From a virus (lineage: Duplodnaviria > Caudoviricetes): DNA of 47,931 bases. The stretch is taken from IMG/VR virus record IMGVR_UViG_3300032225_001407, positions 1-47,931 of that record; one strand, written 5' to 3'. Position 1 is the stretch's first letter, and every line of letters starts with the position of its first letter. Under the pieces are notes generated by a model. The model searched no databases, was not told the origin of the DNA, and was given only the letters and a program-made list of their open reading frames with translations. This document shows, in pieces, positions 26,906 to 36,591 of the stretch. The position numbers were made by a program, and so were the translations under genes.

Positions 26906-27351
26906 TGGATAAACTCAGTATCAACAACGAAATGGCTGTGTTTGACCGCAAGGATCGAGAGTTTTACAACAGTCTGACGCCGGAAGAACGCAAAAAGTTC
27001 AGCAACTTCCTAATGATCCGATACGGTTCAAGTGTGCAAGGCAGTAGAGATCTTCAAGAGTTCTACTTGATCTCCACAAATGAAAGACTTAACAAACAGT
27101 TTTTCAATATAAACAAACATCCAAAATTACAATGGTTATGTGCTACCACTGTGAGTCCAGGTCTAGGCACGCAGCGTCATCAGTGGATCGCTCCTAAGAA
27201 AAAAGAACCTGGTGCTGGTAGTGTTCGAAAACAATTGGCAGAACTATACCCGCACCTTAAAGATGACGAATTAGATTTAATGGCCGAGATCAATACTAAA
27301 AAAGATATTGATGCATATTTAAAAGACTCAGGACAAGAAGTTAAAAAATGA
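26905..27351 (+). CDS. Possible clamp-loader small subunit (T4 gp62-like)
   Basis: FSNFLMIRYGS...N...HPKLQWL...QRHQWI.PKKK...LAELYP pattern recalls gp62. Replication-gene context. Confidence 0.5.
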   Translation: MDKLSINNEMAVFDRKDREFYNSLTPEERKKFSNFLMIRYGSSVQGSRDLQEFYLISTNERLNKQFFNINKHPKLQWLCATTVSPGLGTQRHQWIAPKKKEPGAGSVRKQLAELYPHLKDDELDLMAEINTKKDIDAYLKDSGQEVKK

Positions 27352-28022
27352 CCTATACTTGTCAGTATTGTAGGAAGGACTTTATGAAAGAGTCCAGTCT
27401 TGCGGTGCATTCATGCGAACCGCGACGTCGCCGCATGGAACGAGACGAAGCAGGTGTGCGCCTGGGTTTCAATGCCTACTTGAAGTTTTATGAACTTACG
27501 CAAGGCAGTGCCAAACTTAAGACGTATGATGACTTTTGTGAAAGTGCATACTATCGTGCCTTTGTAAAATTTGGTCGCTATTGTGTAGACATTCGTGCTG
27601 TCAATCCAGCACGTTTTGTAGAATGGGTATTAAAACAGAATAAAAAGATTGATCATTGGTGCAAGGATACTATATACACCGAATACCTAACTGATTATCT
27701 GCGTGTGGAGAATGTAAATGATGCATTGGCCCGCGCAATGGAGTTTGGTATTGATTGGAGTGAAAAAAATCAGCACCCAGCAGAGGATTGCTTGCGTTAT
27801 GGCAATACCAATGCTATGGTCTACGCTGTAACAGCAGGTCGCATTAGTCCCTGGATCATTTACAACAGTGAATCTGGACAAAAGTTCCTGAGTGAACTAG
27901 ATGCTACACAGGTCTCAATGATATGGTCATACATTGATGCAGACTTTTGGATGAAGAAGTTTCAAGACTATCCAGCGGACCAAGAGTATGCTAAAGATAT
28001 ATTACAAAAAGCAGGATGGTAA
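27348..28022 (+). CDS. Hypothetical protein with an N-terminal zinc finger
   Basis: CQYCRKDF.KESSLAVHSC (C2HC). Confidence 0.7.
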   Translation: MTYTCQYCRKDFMKESSLAVHSCEPRRRRMERDEAGVRLGFNAYLKFYELTQGSAKLKTYDDFCESAYYRAFVKFGRYCVDIRAVNPARFVEWVLKQNKKIDHWCKDTIYTEYLTDYLRVENVNDALARAMEFGIDWSEKNQHPAEDCLRYGNTNAMVYAVTAGRISPWIIYNSESGQKFLSELDATQVSMIWSYIDADFWMKKFQDYPADQEYAKDILQKAGW

Positions 28023-29305
28023 TGAATAAAAAAAGAATATTTCCTATTAAACAAGATCCGGCATGTTTGTATAAATGGGGATTCAGCACAATATATTTTC
28101 AAAGTGGCACTACAAATTCTTGTCATAGGGTAGAAAGGAATAAAATAGACCCTGACAACTTTGATCAATTTCATAATGTGCCAGAAAAAATAATTGCACG
28201 TGAATTAATGTTAAAAGGCCAATGGCCCGGTCATGGTTGTGAATATTGTAAACGAGTTGAAGACGTTGGCGGGGTCAGCGATCGTGTGTTTCAACTTGAC
28301 CAACAGCAAGATCCAGGTCTGACAGCGCCTGAGCTATTTAAAAACAATCAAGCAGTCAATGTTACACCAACAATGCTGGAGGTGTATTTTAAAAATACCT
28401 GTAACATGGCCTGCATATATTGTGGTCCTCACTTTAGTAGTTTATGGGAGGATGAAAATAGGAAGTATGGAAATTTGTTTAAAAATACAACTGACCAACC
28501 TAGTAAATTTACAGCACATTATTCGCATGACAATCCGCATTATGATAAAATGGTTGCTAACCTTTGGACCTATCTTGCCACCGATGATCGATATCTAACA
28601 TTAAGAAGATTTCACATACTGGGTGGCGAGCCTTTTTTGCTAAGTGAACTAGATGAGTGTCTTGACTTTTGGGACACTCATGGCAACCCCGATTTGGTAT
28701 TGAGCATAATTACAAATCTTAATATACCACATAAAAGATTTCAAAAATATGTTGATCGTTTTGAACAATTGGTTAAAGAAAATAAAATTTGGAAACTGCA
28801 AATAACTGGAAGTCTTGACGGGTGGGGACCTGAGATAGAATATGTCAGATATGGGTTAGATTTAACAACCTGGGAGAAAAATTTTCAATCATTATTAGAT
28901 AAACCTTGGGCAACACTGTCGGTCAACTCAGCAATATCGGCCTTGACTATTAAATGCCTTCCAGCATTGATTACCAAGGTAAATGAATGGAATCGGTTGC
29001 GTCCTGCGGATGCAGAGCCAATAATTTGTAGTTACAATTTTACTGGACAGCAAGACGATCCAAAACGATTTGGTACTGGGTTTTTTGACGATGATTTTAA
29101 CTTGGCTCTGTCATTGTTGGATAAAAAATCAACAATGAATATTGCAATTCATGAAGGATTGCAATCAATGGCCAAACTGATTAATAAGAATCCAATGGAC
29201 ATAACAAAAGTCAATGAGTTAAAAACCTATCTTGATCAATTGGATCTTAGACGCAAAACCAATTGGCGAACAACCTTTCCTTGGCTTGACCAAGATTTTA
29301 AATAG
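28022..29305 (+). CDS. Radical SAM protein with N-terminal twitch-like domain
   Basis: ACLYKW...SGTTNSCH...CEYC, CNMACIYC, GGEP, ITN, SLDGW...EYVRYG. TAATG coupling suggests a start at 28022. Confidence 0.92.
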   Translation: MNKKRIFPIKQDPACLYKWGFSTIYFQSGTTNSCHRVERNKIDPDNFDQFHNVPEKIIARELMLKGQWPGHGCEYCKRVEDVGGVSDRVFQLDQQQDPGLTAPELFKNNQAVNVTPTMLEVYFKNTCNMACIYCGPHFSSLWEDENRKYGNLFKNTTDQPSKFTAHYSHDNPHYDKMVANLWTYLATDDRYLTLRRFHILGGEPFLLSELDECLDFWDTHGNPDLVLSIITNLNIPHKRFQKYVDRFEQLVKENKIWKLQITGSLDGWGPEIEYVRYGLDLTTWEKNFQSLLDKPWATLSVNSAISALTIKCLPALITKVNEWNRLRPADAEPIICSYNFTGQQDDPKRFGTGFFDDDFNLALSLLDKKSTMNIAIHEGLQSMAKLINKNPMDITKVNELKTYLDQLDLRRKTNWRTTFPWLDQDFK

Positions 29306-29314
29306 TGTTATAAT
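29286..29314 (+). promoter_or_regulatory. Sigma70-type promoter overlapping the rSAM stop codon
   Basis: TTGACC-17 nt (ending TGt)-TATAAT; ATG 6 nt downstream. Confidence 0.8.
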
Positions 29315-29320
29315 TGTATC

Positions 29321-29884
29321 ATGAGTGCAGACATTGACATTGACCTGGCAGATAGAGATCAACTATTACAGTTAATCCTGGCCACTCCTGCACGTCAACT
29401 GCATCAAGGACAAGTTCGTCGACACAACAGTGGAATATACGTTACAGATATTCCGTACGATCCTGTCAATACATGTTCAGCCATTGACTACGAGCAAGCT
29501 GAACAGTTGGGTTATTTTAAAATTGACTTGTTAAATATGTCGGTTTATCAGTTAATAACCAGTCCTGAACATTATCAAACAATGCTGACAAAAGAGCCGC
29601 CATGGGAAAGACTTTGGACCGATGAAACTTGGGCTAGCCAATTAGTTCACGTGGGTAACTACACAGAGCTATTGAAAAGTATGAAGCCAGATTCAATACC
29701 AAGAATGGCAGCTTTTATCAGTATTATTCGTCCTGGCAAAGCACACCTACAAAACCGTCCTTGGACAGAAGTGTTTGATTTAGTGTGGGATGGTGATGAT
29801 AGTCGCGGGTTTGTATTCAAACATGCACATGCCATTGGCTATGCAGCTTTGGTAGCACTGCACATGAATTTAATAAATCAATGA
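29321..29884 (+). CDS. Minimal DnaE (Pol III alpha, family C)-like catalytic core
   Basis: ADIDIDL (DxD), HNSGIYV, GYFKIDLL (third Asp), SIIRPG, FKHAHAIGYA. Confidence 0.85.
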   Translation: MSADIDIDLADRDQLLQLILATPARQLHQGQVRRHNSGIYVTDIPYDPVNTCSAIDYEQAEQLGYFKIDLLNMSVYQLITSPEHYQTMLTKEPPWERLWTDETWASQLVHVGNYTELLKSMKPDSIPRMAAFISIIRPGKAHLQNRPWTEVFDLVWDGDDSRGFVFKHAHAIGYAALVALHMNLINQ

Positions 29885-30570
29885 CAATTTTATATACCAA
29901 CGGATGTAGTTACACTGCCAATAATGATGTGGAAAGGGAATTTCGTTATCCCCATTTGATTGGCAAACATTTTAATTGGCAAGTTGAAGACAAGTCTGTT
30001 CCTGGATTTTGTAACAGCATAATTATTCGTCGAGCTATGCGAGATTGCATACGTCTTTTGGCCACAGGAGAACCTGTTGTAGCTATGGTACAACTAACAC
30101 ACCAAGACAGATTTGAATTTTCCGGTACGCCCAACATTGACAATGCCTGGAAATATAATTTAAGTCACGATAATTTAAGTATCGATCCTCAAGTAAACGA
30201 TTACTTTGAATCAGTTCGTGCAGAAGATGTCAACGCATGGCCAGCCAACATCAAAGATTATGCCAAACAAACTGTGCTGGCACAAAAAGCCGAGGCCATT
30301 AATTCCAACTTCCTGCATTGGACAGTAGGGCTAGCATCTTTTTTTAAGGCCAATAACATTCGGTATTTAATTTATGCTGGGCCAAGTTTTGCCCTTGAAC
30401 GATTAAGCAGTGACCCATTTTATCACTACCTGTTAACTGATTCTAATGTGTTAAACTTGGAAACTTTTGATATATTATCGGTAGCTGGAACACCTGGTCG
30501 GCATCCGGATCAAGCCGGCATGCGACAAATAGCAGATTACTTTATCAATCGACTCGGCGAACCAGGGTAA
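29881..30570 (+). CDS. SGNH/GDSL hydrolase-like protein
   Basis: NGCSYT block I, PG.CN, C-terminal RHP..AG...IADY. Confidence 0.7.
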   Translation: MTILYTNGCSYTANNDVEREFRYPHLIGKHFNWQVEDKSVPGFCNSIIIRRAMRDCIRLLATGEPVVAMVQLTHQDRFEFSGTPNIDNAWKYNLSHDNLSIDPQVNDYFESVRAEDVNAWPANIKDYAKQTVLAQKAEAINSNFLHWTVGLASFFKANNIRYLIYAGPSFALERLSSDPFYHYLLTDSNVLNLETFDILSVAGTPGRHPDQAGMRQIADYFINRLGEPG

Positions 30571-30922
30571 TTGATTTACGCTTGGATTTTTTACGACTCA
30601 TTTCGCTAAGACTGCACACAGGCCCGTGTAGGATTTCTAAATCTTTATTGGTAAAAGTTTTAAGATAGGGTCTAAATACTTCCCAGTCACCTTTGAGAAA
30701 TATGTTAATAGGAACACTACGATTGCTTTCCCACCACCAGACGTTGGCCAACTCTAAAAAATGGCGTTTTAAATCCGCATTTGATATGGCACCAAAATCA
30801 TAGATAGTGGTTATTGCATCGTCTTGATTTTGTATGATACCTACATATTCTGTGGAGGCGTAGACACACAAGGTAATAAACGGGTATTTTTCAGCTAGTT
30901 TTTCAAAGAAATCGTTTGTCAT
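30545..30922 (-). CDS. Hypothetical protein, the only supported minus-strand gene
   Basis: Fills a + strand gap and has its own TAAATA (30932-30937, minus strand); YVGIIQN...WWWESNRSVPINIFL. Confidence 0.8.
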   Translation of the reverse strand: MTNDFFEKLAEKYPFITLCVYASTEYVGIIQNQDDAITTIYDFGAISNADLKRHFLELANVWWWESNRSVPINIFLKGDWEVFRPYLKTFTNKDLEILHGPVCSLSEMSRKKSKRKSITLVRRVD

Positions 30923-30982
30923 GTCTACGGATATTTACCAGACCATTTTCGCCGGGTCTAGCAAAGGTGCTAAATATGTTGT

Positions 30983-32128
30983 ATGTATTCCACCCAAGCC
31001 TATATCTATCAGCAAATTACTCGAGTGTTACTCATGGACACAGGTGCAGGCGAAACTTTTATCTATAGGTACGATCCCGTGTATGCAAAACAACTAACCA
31101 TAAACAAAGGCGTTGACAATGTGCTGTTGTTTGAATTTATCAATCAACAAGAAAAGCCGGTCAATATCACAGGAAGTGACTTCCTGTTCCGTGCAATCAG
31201 TACCAACGGCGCTGAAATTTTGGTTGAAAAACCCATGGTCGTACTCAATGCCGCAACGGGTCGTGCCAAGGTTACGCTGACCAGTGCAGATCTATTAGAA
31301 GTATTGGCACAACCAGCCAGCTACAGTATTCAACGCACCAGTGGTAATTTAACTGAAGCTGTGTTTACCAATGCACAAGCAGGAGCACGGGCACCGGCAA
31401 GCATTGTCGATAGTATATTGCCACAGCATGTGCCTAGTGCCCCATTGACAATACCCACTGTTAAGTTAAGTGCTCAAGCCAGTTTAGATGGTACCGCTTG
31501 GGGCAGTTATAGCCCTGGCACTTATTGGTCGGGCAACCCCAATGGTGGCAACTACTGGAACAGTTTTGCCAATACAGAATTCTACAGCAGTTTTATCGAG
31601 CCTACCAGTGCTGTTACCACCATCCAAATGACCTTGGTAGGATATACCGGCACAATCAAAGCTCAGGCAGCACCAAACTACGAAAGCATTTGGTATAACG
31701 TGACTGAATCAACCACCTACTACAATGAAACTCGTACCATTTATATGAACATTGTAGGATGGCATCCTTTGCTTAGATTGGCTTTTAACAACAGCATATT
31801 TGCTGTTCCTACGCAGCCCGGAACTCCGGCGTTGGCCTATGCCACCACCGAAGATGGCGTAGTAACCAGCGTGTCAATTCTCAATGGTGGCACAGGTTAT
31901 TTGGCACCACCACACATTAGTTTTATCGGCGACGGCGCAGGCGCAACTGCTGTGGCCACAATAGATCAGGGTGTAGTAACCGGAATCGAAGTGACCAATG
32001 GCGGCAGTGGTTATTGGTATTTGCCCAATGCTGGCATGGGCGCAGGCGTGTATCCAAACAACCCTAACCAAACTGGTGCTGCGGTCATAATCAGCACAGG
32101 TTATGTGGTTGACCTGTTATATAGATAA
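30983..32128 (+). CDS. Structural protein (baseplate/tail-like, Ig-like N-terminus)
   Basis: Late promoter; KPVNITG...GRAKVTLT; paired ILNGGTGY / VTNGGSGY repeats typical of T4-like virion proteins. Confidence 0.7.
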   Translation: MYSTQAYIYQQITRVLLMDTGAGETFIYRYDPVYAKQLTINKGVDNVLLFEFINQQEKPVNITGSDFLFRAISTNGAEILVEKPMVVLNAATGRAKVTLTSADLLEVLAQPASYSIQRTSGNLTEAVFTNAQAGARAPASIVDSILPQHVPSAPLTIPTVKLSAQASLDGTAWGSYSPGTYWSGNPNGGNYWNSFANTEFYSSFIEPTSAVTTIQMTLVGYTGTIKAQAAPNYESIWYNVTESTTYYNETRTIYMNIVGWHPLLRLAFNNSIFAVPTQPGTPALAYATTEDGVVTSVSILNGGTGYLAPPHISFIGDGAGATAVATIDQGVVTGIEVTNGGSGYWYLPNAGMGAGVYPNNPNQTGAAVIISTGYVVDLLYR

Positions 32129-32140
32129 CGCCAAACTCTC

Positions 32141-32169
32141 TTGCGGTATATAGATAAATCTGCTATAAT
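32141..32169 (+). promoter_or_regulatory. Sigma70-type promoter of the primase gene
   Basis: TTGCGG-17 nt (ending TGc)-TATAAT; ATG 6 nt downstream. Confidence 0.7.
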
Positions 32170-32175
32170 TGTAGC

Positions 32176-33141
32176 ATGATCGATGTGATTTCTTTTCTTC
32201 CGAGCAAGCGAAAACAAACAGCCAGTGGTTGGATAAGTTTCAATGCACCTTGTTGCATTCATCGTGGCGACTCACCGGACAAGAGATCACGTGGTGGTAT
32301 CAAGCCCACAACAGATGGATCGTGGAGTTATCATTGCTTCAATTGTGGATATACTGCAAGTTTTGTTCTTGGACGTAATTTAACCTTTAAAGCTCGTCGG
32401 TTGCTCGAGTGGATGAATGTGCCACAAGAAGAGATCGAACGCATTAATCTTGAAAGTTTAAAGCACAAATCAATTGAAGGCTTGTTGGGCGAGCGCCAGG
32501 AAATAGTAAAAACGTTACAAAATATCTCATTTGAAGATAGAGACTTACCTGCAACTACACAACCACTTAACGACGCAGCAAAAGAATATCTGCAAAATAG
32601 GTGTATACCTTTGGACTATCCATTTCTGTATAAAACAATGCCGCGCCCAGGTGTAGTAATTCCGTTCACCTATGACAACCAAGTGGTAGGACACACCACT
32701 AGGTTCCTTGACGATCGCACCCCTAGATATATTCAGGACATACAACACGGATATGTGTTTGGAACAGACTTACAAAAAGACACGTGGCAATCAGTGATTG
32801 TTGTTGAAGGAGTGTTTGATGCACTTGGTATCAACGGCCTGGCTGTGTTACATGCAGAAATCAATGACGCACAGGTTAGGTTAATACGCAGTCTGGGACG
32901 TGAAGTCATAGTGGTACCGGATCAAGACGAAGCCGGAATGCGATTGGTTGACCGTGCTGTAGAACTAGGATGGGCAGTTAGTATGCCCAATTGGCCCGCA
33001 GGAGTTAAAGATGTAAATGATGCCGTAATTCGTTTAGGTAAGTTATCCGCATTGATAACTATAATGCAGGCCAAAGAAACTAGTCGAATTAAAATAGAAC
33101 TAAGGAAGAAACAGTTGATTAAACAACTTAATAAAAAATGA
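32176..33141 (+). CDS. DNA primase (T4 gp61-like)
   Basis: Zn-binding APCC...YHCFNC; TOPRIM VVEGVFDA, PDQDEAG, KDVND. Confidence 0.9.
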   Translation: MIDVISFLPSKRKQTASGWISFNAPCCIHRGDSPDKRSRGGIKPTTDGSWSYHCFNCGYTASFVLGRNLTFKARRLLEWMNVPQEEIERINLESLKHKSIEGLLGERQEIVKTLQNISFEDRDLPATTQPLNDAAKEYLQNRCIPLDYPFLYKTMPRPGVVIPFTYDNQVVGHTTRFLDDRTPRYIQDIQHGYVFGTDLQKDTWQSVIVVEGVFDALGINGLAVLHAEINDAQVRLIRSLGREVIVVPDQDEAGMRLVDRAVELGWAVSMPNWPAGVKDVNDAVIRLGKLSALITIMQAKETSRIKIELRKKQLIKQLNKK

Positions 33142-33803
33142 AAATATTAGTTTGTGGTGATAGTTACAGTGTTATAGATCCTGACTTTCCTGGATTACAT
33201 TGGAGCGAGAAAATTTTAAATTTTTCTCCTGATTTTGAATTGTTTAATTTAGCAATGGGTGGTGCCAGCAATGCCATGATAACTTTGCAATTATTACAAG
33301 GTCTGAATTTAAGTCCAGATTTTGTAATTCTTTCTTTTACTAGCGATTATCGATATGAATTTGATAATGATGTTGATGCATTGCCCACTGATCTGACTGC
33401 AGCAGGTATTGCAACATACCAAAAAACTCGTTATACTACTAACACATATATGAAAGATCAAGGAATTAAATATCAGTTGGAGGCAAAAAATTCTGAAAAT
33501 TTTGAAAAACTTAAAAATTATTTTCATATTTCATTTTGTCTCCAAACATTAAATCAACACAACATTCCATTTGCATTTAGTCTGGGTGGATTCGAATATC
33601 GACAAAATTATTCGTTGTTAATCAATAGTAATTACATGTATAATTTTATAAAGGACTATACAGATAACGAACTTAAAACTAATCTTTGGTATCACGGACA
33701 GAAATCCAAACCGTGTTTTCATGTTGACGATGATAAGGTTCAACAATTATTTGCCAATGAATGTATATCTCGGATTATTAAAGTTAAGGATAAAAATTGT
33801 TAA
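33138..33803 (+). CDS. SGNH/GDSL hydrolase-like protein between primase and helicase
   Basis: VCGDSYS, NLAMGGASN, C-terminal FH. Visibly AT-rich. Confidence 0.7.
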   Translation: MKILVCGDSYSVIDPDFPGLHWSEKILNFSPDFELFNLAMGGASNAMITLQLLQGLNLSPDFVILSFTSDYRYEFDNDVDALPTDLTAAGIATYQKTRYTTNTYMKDQGIKYQLEAKNSENFEKLKNYFHISFCLQTLNQHNIPFAFSLGGFEYRQNYSLLINSNYMYNFIKDYTDNELKTNLWYHGQKSKPCFHVDDDKVQQLFANECISRIIKVKDKNC

Positions 33804-35194
33804 AAGATTACGGACTTGATGTCCAACGCTTATTCCTAGAAATGATGCTGCAAGACGCAGAGTCGTATGTGCGTGTGCAGAACATTTACAATCCAGAAAA
33901 TTTTGATCGCAGTCTAAGACCGGCGGCTGAGTTTATTGCTCAACACAGCGACCAACACAAGACACTGCCCACTGTAGAACAGATCAGTGCCAGCACAGGT
34001 GTTAAACTAAACAATATACCAGACTTGAATGATGGGCACTTTGAATGGTTTATGGATGAGTTTGAAGGTTTTACTCGTAGACAAGAACTTGAGCGAGCAA
34101 TTTTAAAAAGTGCAGACTTGCTGGAAAAAGGTGAGTATGATCCTGTAGAAAAATTAATCAAAGATGCGGTACAAATATCACTTACTAAAGACATGGGCAC
34201 GGATTACTTTAGTGATCCTAGTGCTCGCATTAACCGATACTTCAACTCGGGTGGGCAAGTAAGCACAGGTTGGCCACAGATGGACAAGATCTTGTATGGT
34301 GGATTCAGTCGCGGCGAACTGAACATATTTGCAGGTGGATCTGGATCGGGTAAATCACTTGTCATGATGAACATAGCATTGAGTTGGTTGCAAGCCGGAC
34401 TCAGTGGTGTGTATATCAGTTTAGAACTCAGTGAAGAACTGTGTGCCCTGCGAACCGATGCCATGTTGGCCGGAATGAGCACTAAAGAAATTCGCAAGGA
34501 CATTGACCAAGCAACACTCAAAGTTAAATTGGTGTCAAAGAAAACCGGTCAATATCGTATCAAGGCCCTGCCAGCACAAAGCAATATTAATGACATTCGC
34601 AGTTACATCAAAGAAGTGCAAGTGCAGACCGGCATCAAGATTGACTTTGTTATGTGTGATTACTTAGATCTGTTGATGCCAGTCAGCGCCAAAGTTAGTC
34701 CCAATGATCTGTTTGTCAAAGACAAGTATGTTTCAGAAGAGTTGCGCAATTTGGCCAAAGAACTGAATGTGCTGTTTGTAACAGCATCACAGTTGAATCG
34801 TAGTGCTGTGGAAGAAATTGAATTTGACCACAGTCATATTTCAGGTGGTATCAGTAAGATCAATACTGCGGATAATGTGTTTGGTATTTTTACAAGTCGT
34901 GCTATGAAAGAACGTGGTAAATATCAAATACAATGCATGAAATCTCGTAGTAGTACGGGTGTAGGTATGAAAATTGACTTGGATTACAACATTGAAACCA
35001 TGCGTATTACGGACCCAGGCGAAGATGCAGGACCGGTTAATTCGTTTGCCAAGGGTAATTTACTTGACACAATCAAAGCAAAAAGCACAATGAAAGAAAC
35101 TGTAGACGCCGACACTGGTGAAATTGGCCGAGTTACCGCAGATGTGCAAAGTGCCAAATTAAAACAACTATTAGGACAAATTAAACAGTCATGA
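33797..35194 (+). CDS. Replicative DNA helicase (T4 gp41/DnaB-like)
   Basis: STGW..MD..LYGG, GGSGSGKS, ISLEL, CDYLD, TASQLNR, MKSR. TTG start after AAGGA. Confidence 0.93.
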   Translation: MLKDYGLDVQRLFLEMMLQDAESYVRVQNIYNPENFDRSLRPAAEFIAQHSDQHKTLPTVEQISASTGVKLNNIPDLNDGHFEWFMDEFEGFTRRQELERAILKSADLLEKGEYDPVEKLIKDAVQISLTKDMGTDYFSDPSARINRYFNSGGQVSTGWPQMDKILYGGFSRGELNIFAGGSGSGKSLVMMNIALSWLQAGLSGVYISLELSEELCALRTDAMLAGMSTKEIRKDIDQATLKVKLVSKKTGQYRIKALPAQSNINDIRSYIKEVQVQTGIKIDFVMCDYLDLLMPVSAKVSPNDLFVKDKYVSEELRNLAKELNVLFVTASQLNRSAVEEIEFDHSHISGGISKINTADNVFGIFTSRAMKERGKYQIQCMKSRSSTGVGMKIDLDYNIETMRITDPGEDAGPVNSFAKGNLLDTIKAKSTMKETVDADTGEIGRVTADVQSAKLKQLLGQIKQS

Positions 35195-36318
35195 GTCAAG
35201 ATATCTATTGTCCAATGATTCATGGTGGAATTAATATCAATTTAAAAAACAACGGCTCGCTGGCAGTTAATCAATGTTGTCTAAGTTCTACTAAGTTGCA
35301 GCTACCCTCTGATTTAAAAACATTTTGGAAAAGTGAAAAATTACAATCCATTAGAAACATAAACGATAAAAATATTTGGTTAGATGACTGTTGGCAATGT
35401 AAACATATAGAAAGCTCAGGACTTAAAAGTTTTCGACAATCAATGATTGAACATTTTGGTGTTAAAAAGAATCTATCAGGCCCGTTACGTATTGATTTCT
35501 TATTTGATCGTAGTTGTAATTTGGCATGTAGAACTTGTGGCACCCATAGCAGCACATTTTGGGAAAAACATCTAATAGATAATAATTTGTTAATTAAGAC
35601 AGATTTTAGCAAACCAGATAATATCGAAACAATAAAAAATTTATTGGAAACGTTGGATTTAAGTAATCTAGAACAGGTTCAATTTTGTGGAGGTGAAACA
35701 TTATTAGGGACCACCTATTGGAACACTGCCCAACTGCTTGCAGATTTAATTCCCAATGCCAAGGATAAACTATTGCTGGCATTCCAAACAAATGGAACGC
35801 AACCAATTCCTGACAAATACTACGATCTAATAGAAAAATTTAAATTGGTTAAACTTATGATCAGTCTCGATGGTACGCACGAACGATTTGAATACCTGCG
35901 CTGGCCTGCCAATTGGAATCAAGTAGTTGATAATATTTTTGATATACGAGAAAAAGTTCCAAGCAATGTAATGTTTTATATTCAAGAATGCACCAGTTGT
36001 TTAAATTTATTTTATTTTGGAGAAGTTGGTAACTGGATTAAAGAAAATTTTGATTCAAATCGTTTTGGTGATGCAACAGACTATAGCACACAACTGGCTA
36101 ATCATGCATATCTTGATGTTAACTATATAACTCAAGAATATGTTGATGCATTAAACGGAACCGAGATGACTAAATTTATTAGCCCAAATTGGAATGAAAA
36201 TCCGGATAAAATCAATGAATTTATTAGAGAAACAGAAAAGTTTGACAAGATACGCGGGCAAGATTGGAGGAAAACATTTCCAGAAGTAGCAAATTTTTAT
36301 TCTAGATATTTCAAATAA
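35191..36318 (+). CDS. Radical SAM protein with N-terminal twitch-like domain
   Basis: YCPM...NQCC...CWQC, CNLACRTC, GGE, QTNGT, SLDG..ERFEYLRWP. Confidence 0.92.
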   Translation: MSQDIYCPMIHGGININLKNNGSLAVNQCCLSSTKLQLPSDLKTFWKSEKLQSIRNINDKNIWLDDCWQCKHIESSGLKSFRQSMIEHFGVKKNLSGPLRIDFLFDRSCNLACRTCGTHSSTFWEKHLIDNNLLIKTDFSKPDNIETIKNLLETLDLSNLEQVQFCGGETLLGTTYWNTAQLLADLIPNAKDKLLLAFQTNGTQPIPDKYYDLIEKFKLVKLMISLDGTHERFEYLRWPANWNQVVDNIFDIREKVPSNVMFYIQECTSCLNLFYFGEVGNWIKENFDSNRFGDATDYSTQLANHAYLDVNYITQEYVDALNGTEMTKFISPNWNENPDKINEFIRETEKFDKIRGQDWRKTFPEVANFYSRYFK

Positions 36319-36342
36319 ATAATAAAAAGGTTCTGGCCCAAA

Positions 36343-36591
36343 ATGCAAAAGAAAACTCGCAGTTTATTAGAAGAATTAGACTCAATGTATATCGAGCGCG
36401 ATCAGCGCCATGTCATTGAAAATCGCGCATCTAATGTGATCGCCAGTGCTATACGCTTGCTAGAGCAAATCGACGAAAGTTATAGTACCGAAGATGCTCA
36501 AAACTTACAGCGTAAATTGATCAACGCTATCAATCAGCGTGATCCAGGGAAGTTTACCCGCACTGTGAGACGCACTGATGCAAATTCATGA
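36343..36591 (+). CDS. Hypothetical late protein
   Basis: TAAATA upstream; helical; RSLLEELD N-terminus. Confidence 0.7.
   Translation: MQKKTRSLLEELDSMYIERDQRHVIENRASNVIASAIRLLEQIDESYSTEDAQNLQRKLINAINQRDPGKFTRTVRRTDANS

Noticed and set aside
29321-29884. dnaE pseudogene
   Set aside because: Intact ORF with its own promoter, all catalytic motifs retained, and no adjacent remnants of the missing domains.
7370-35194. Inteins or introns in terL, uvsX, uvsW, primase or helicase
   Set aside because: All are normal length with contiguous motifs; no splice-junction or homing-endonuclease motifs seen.
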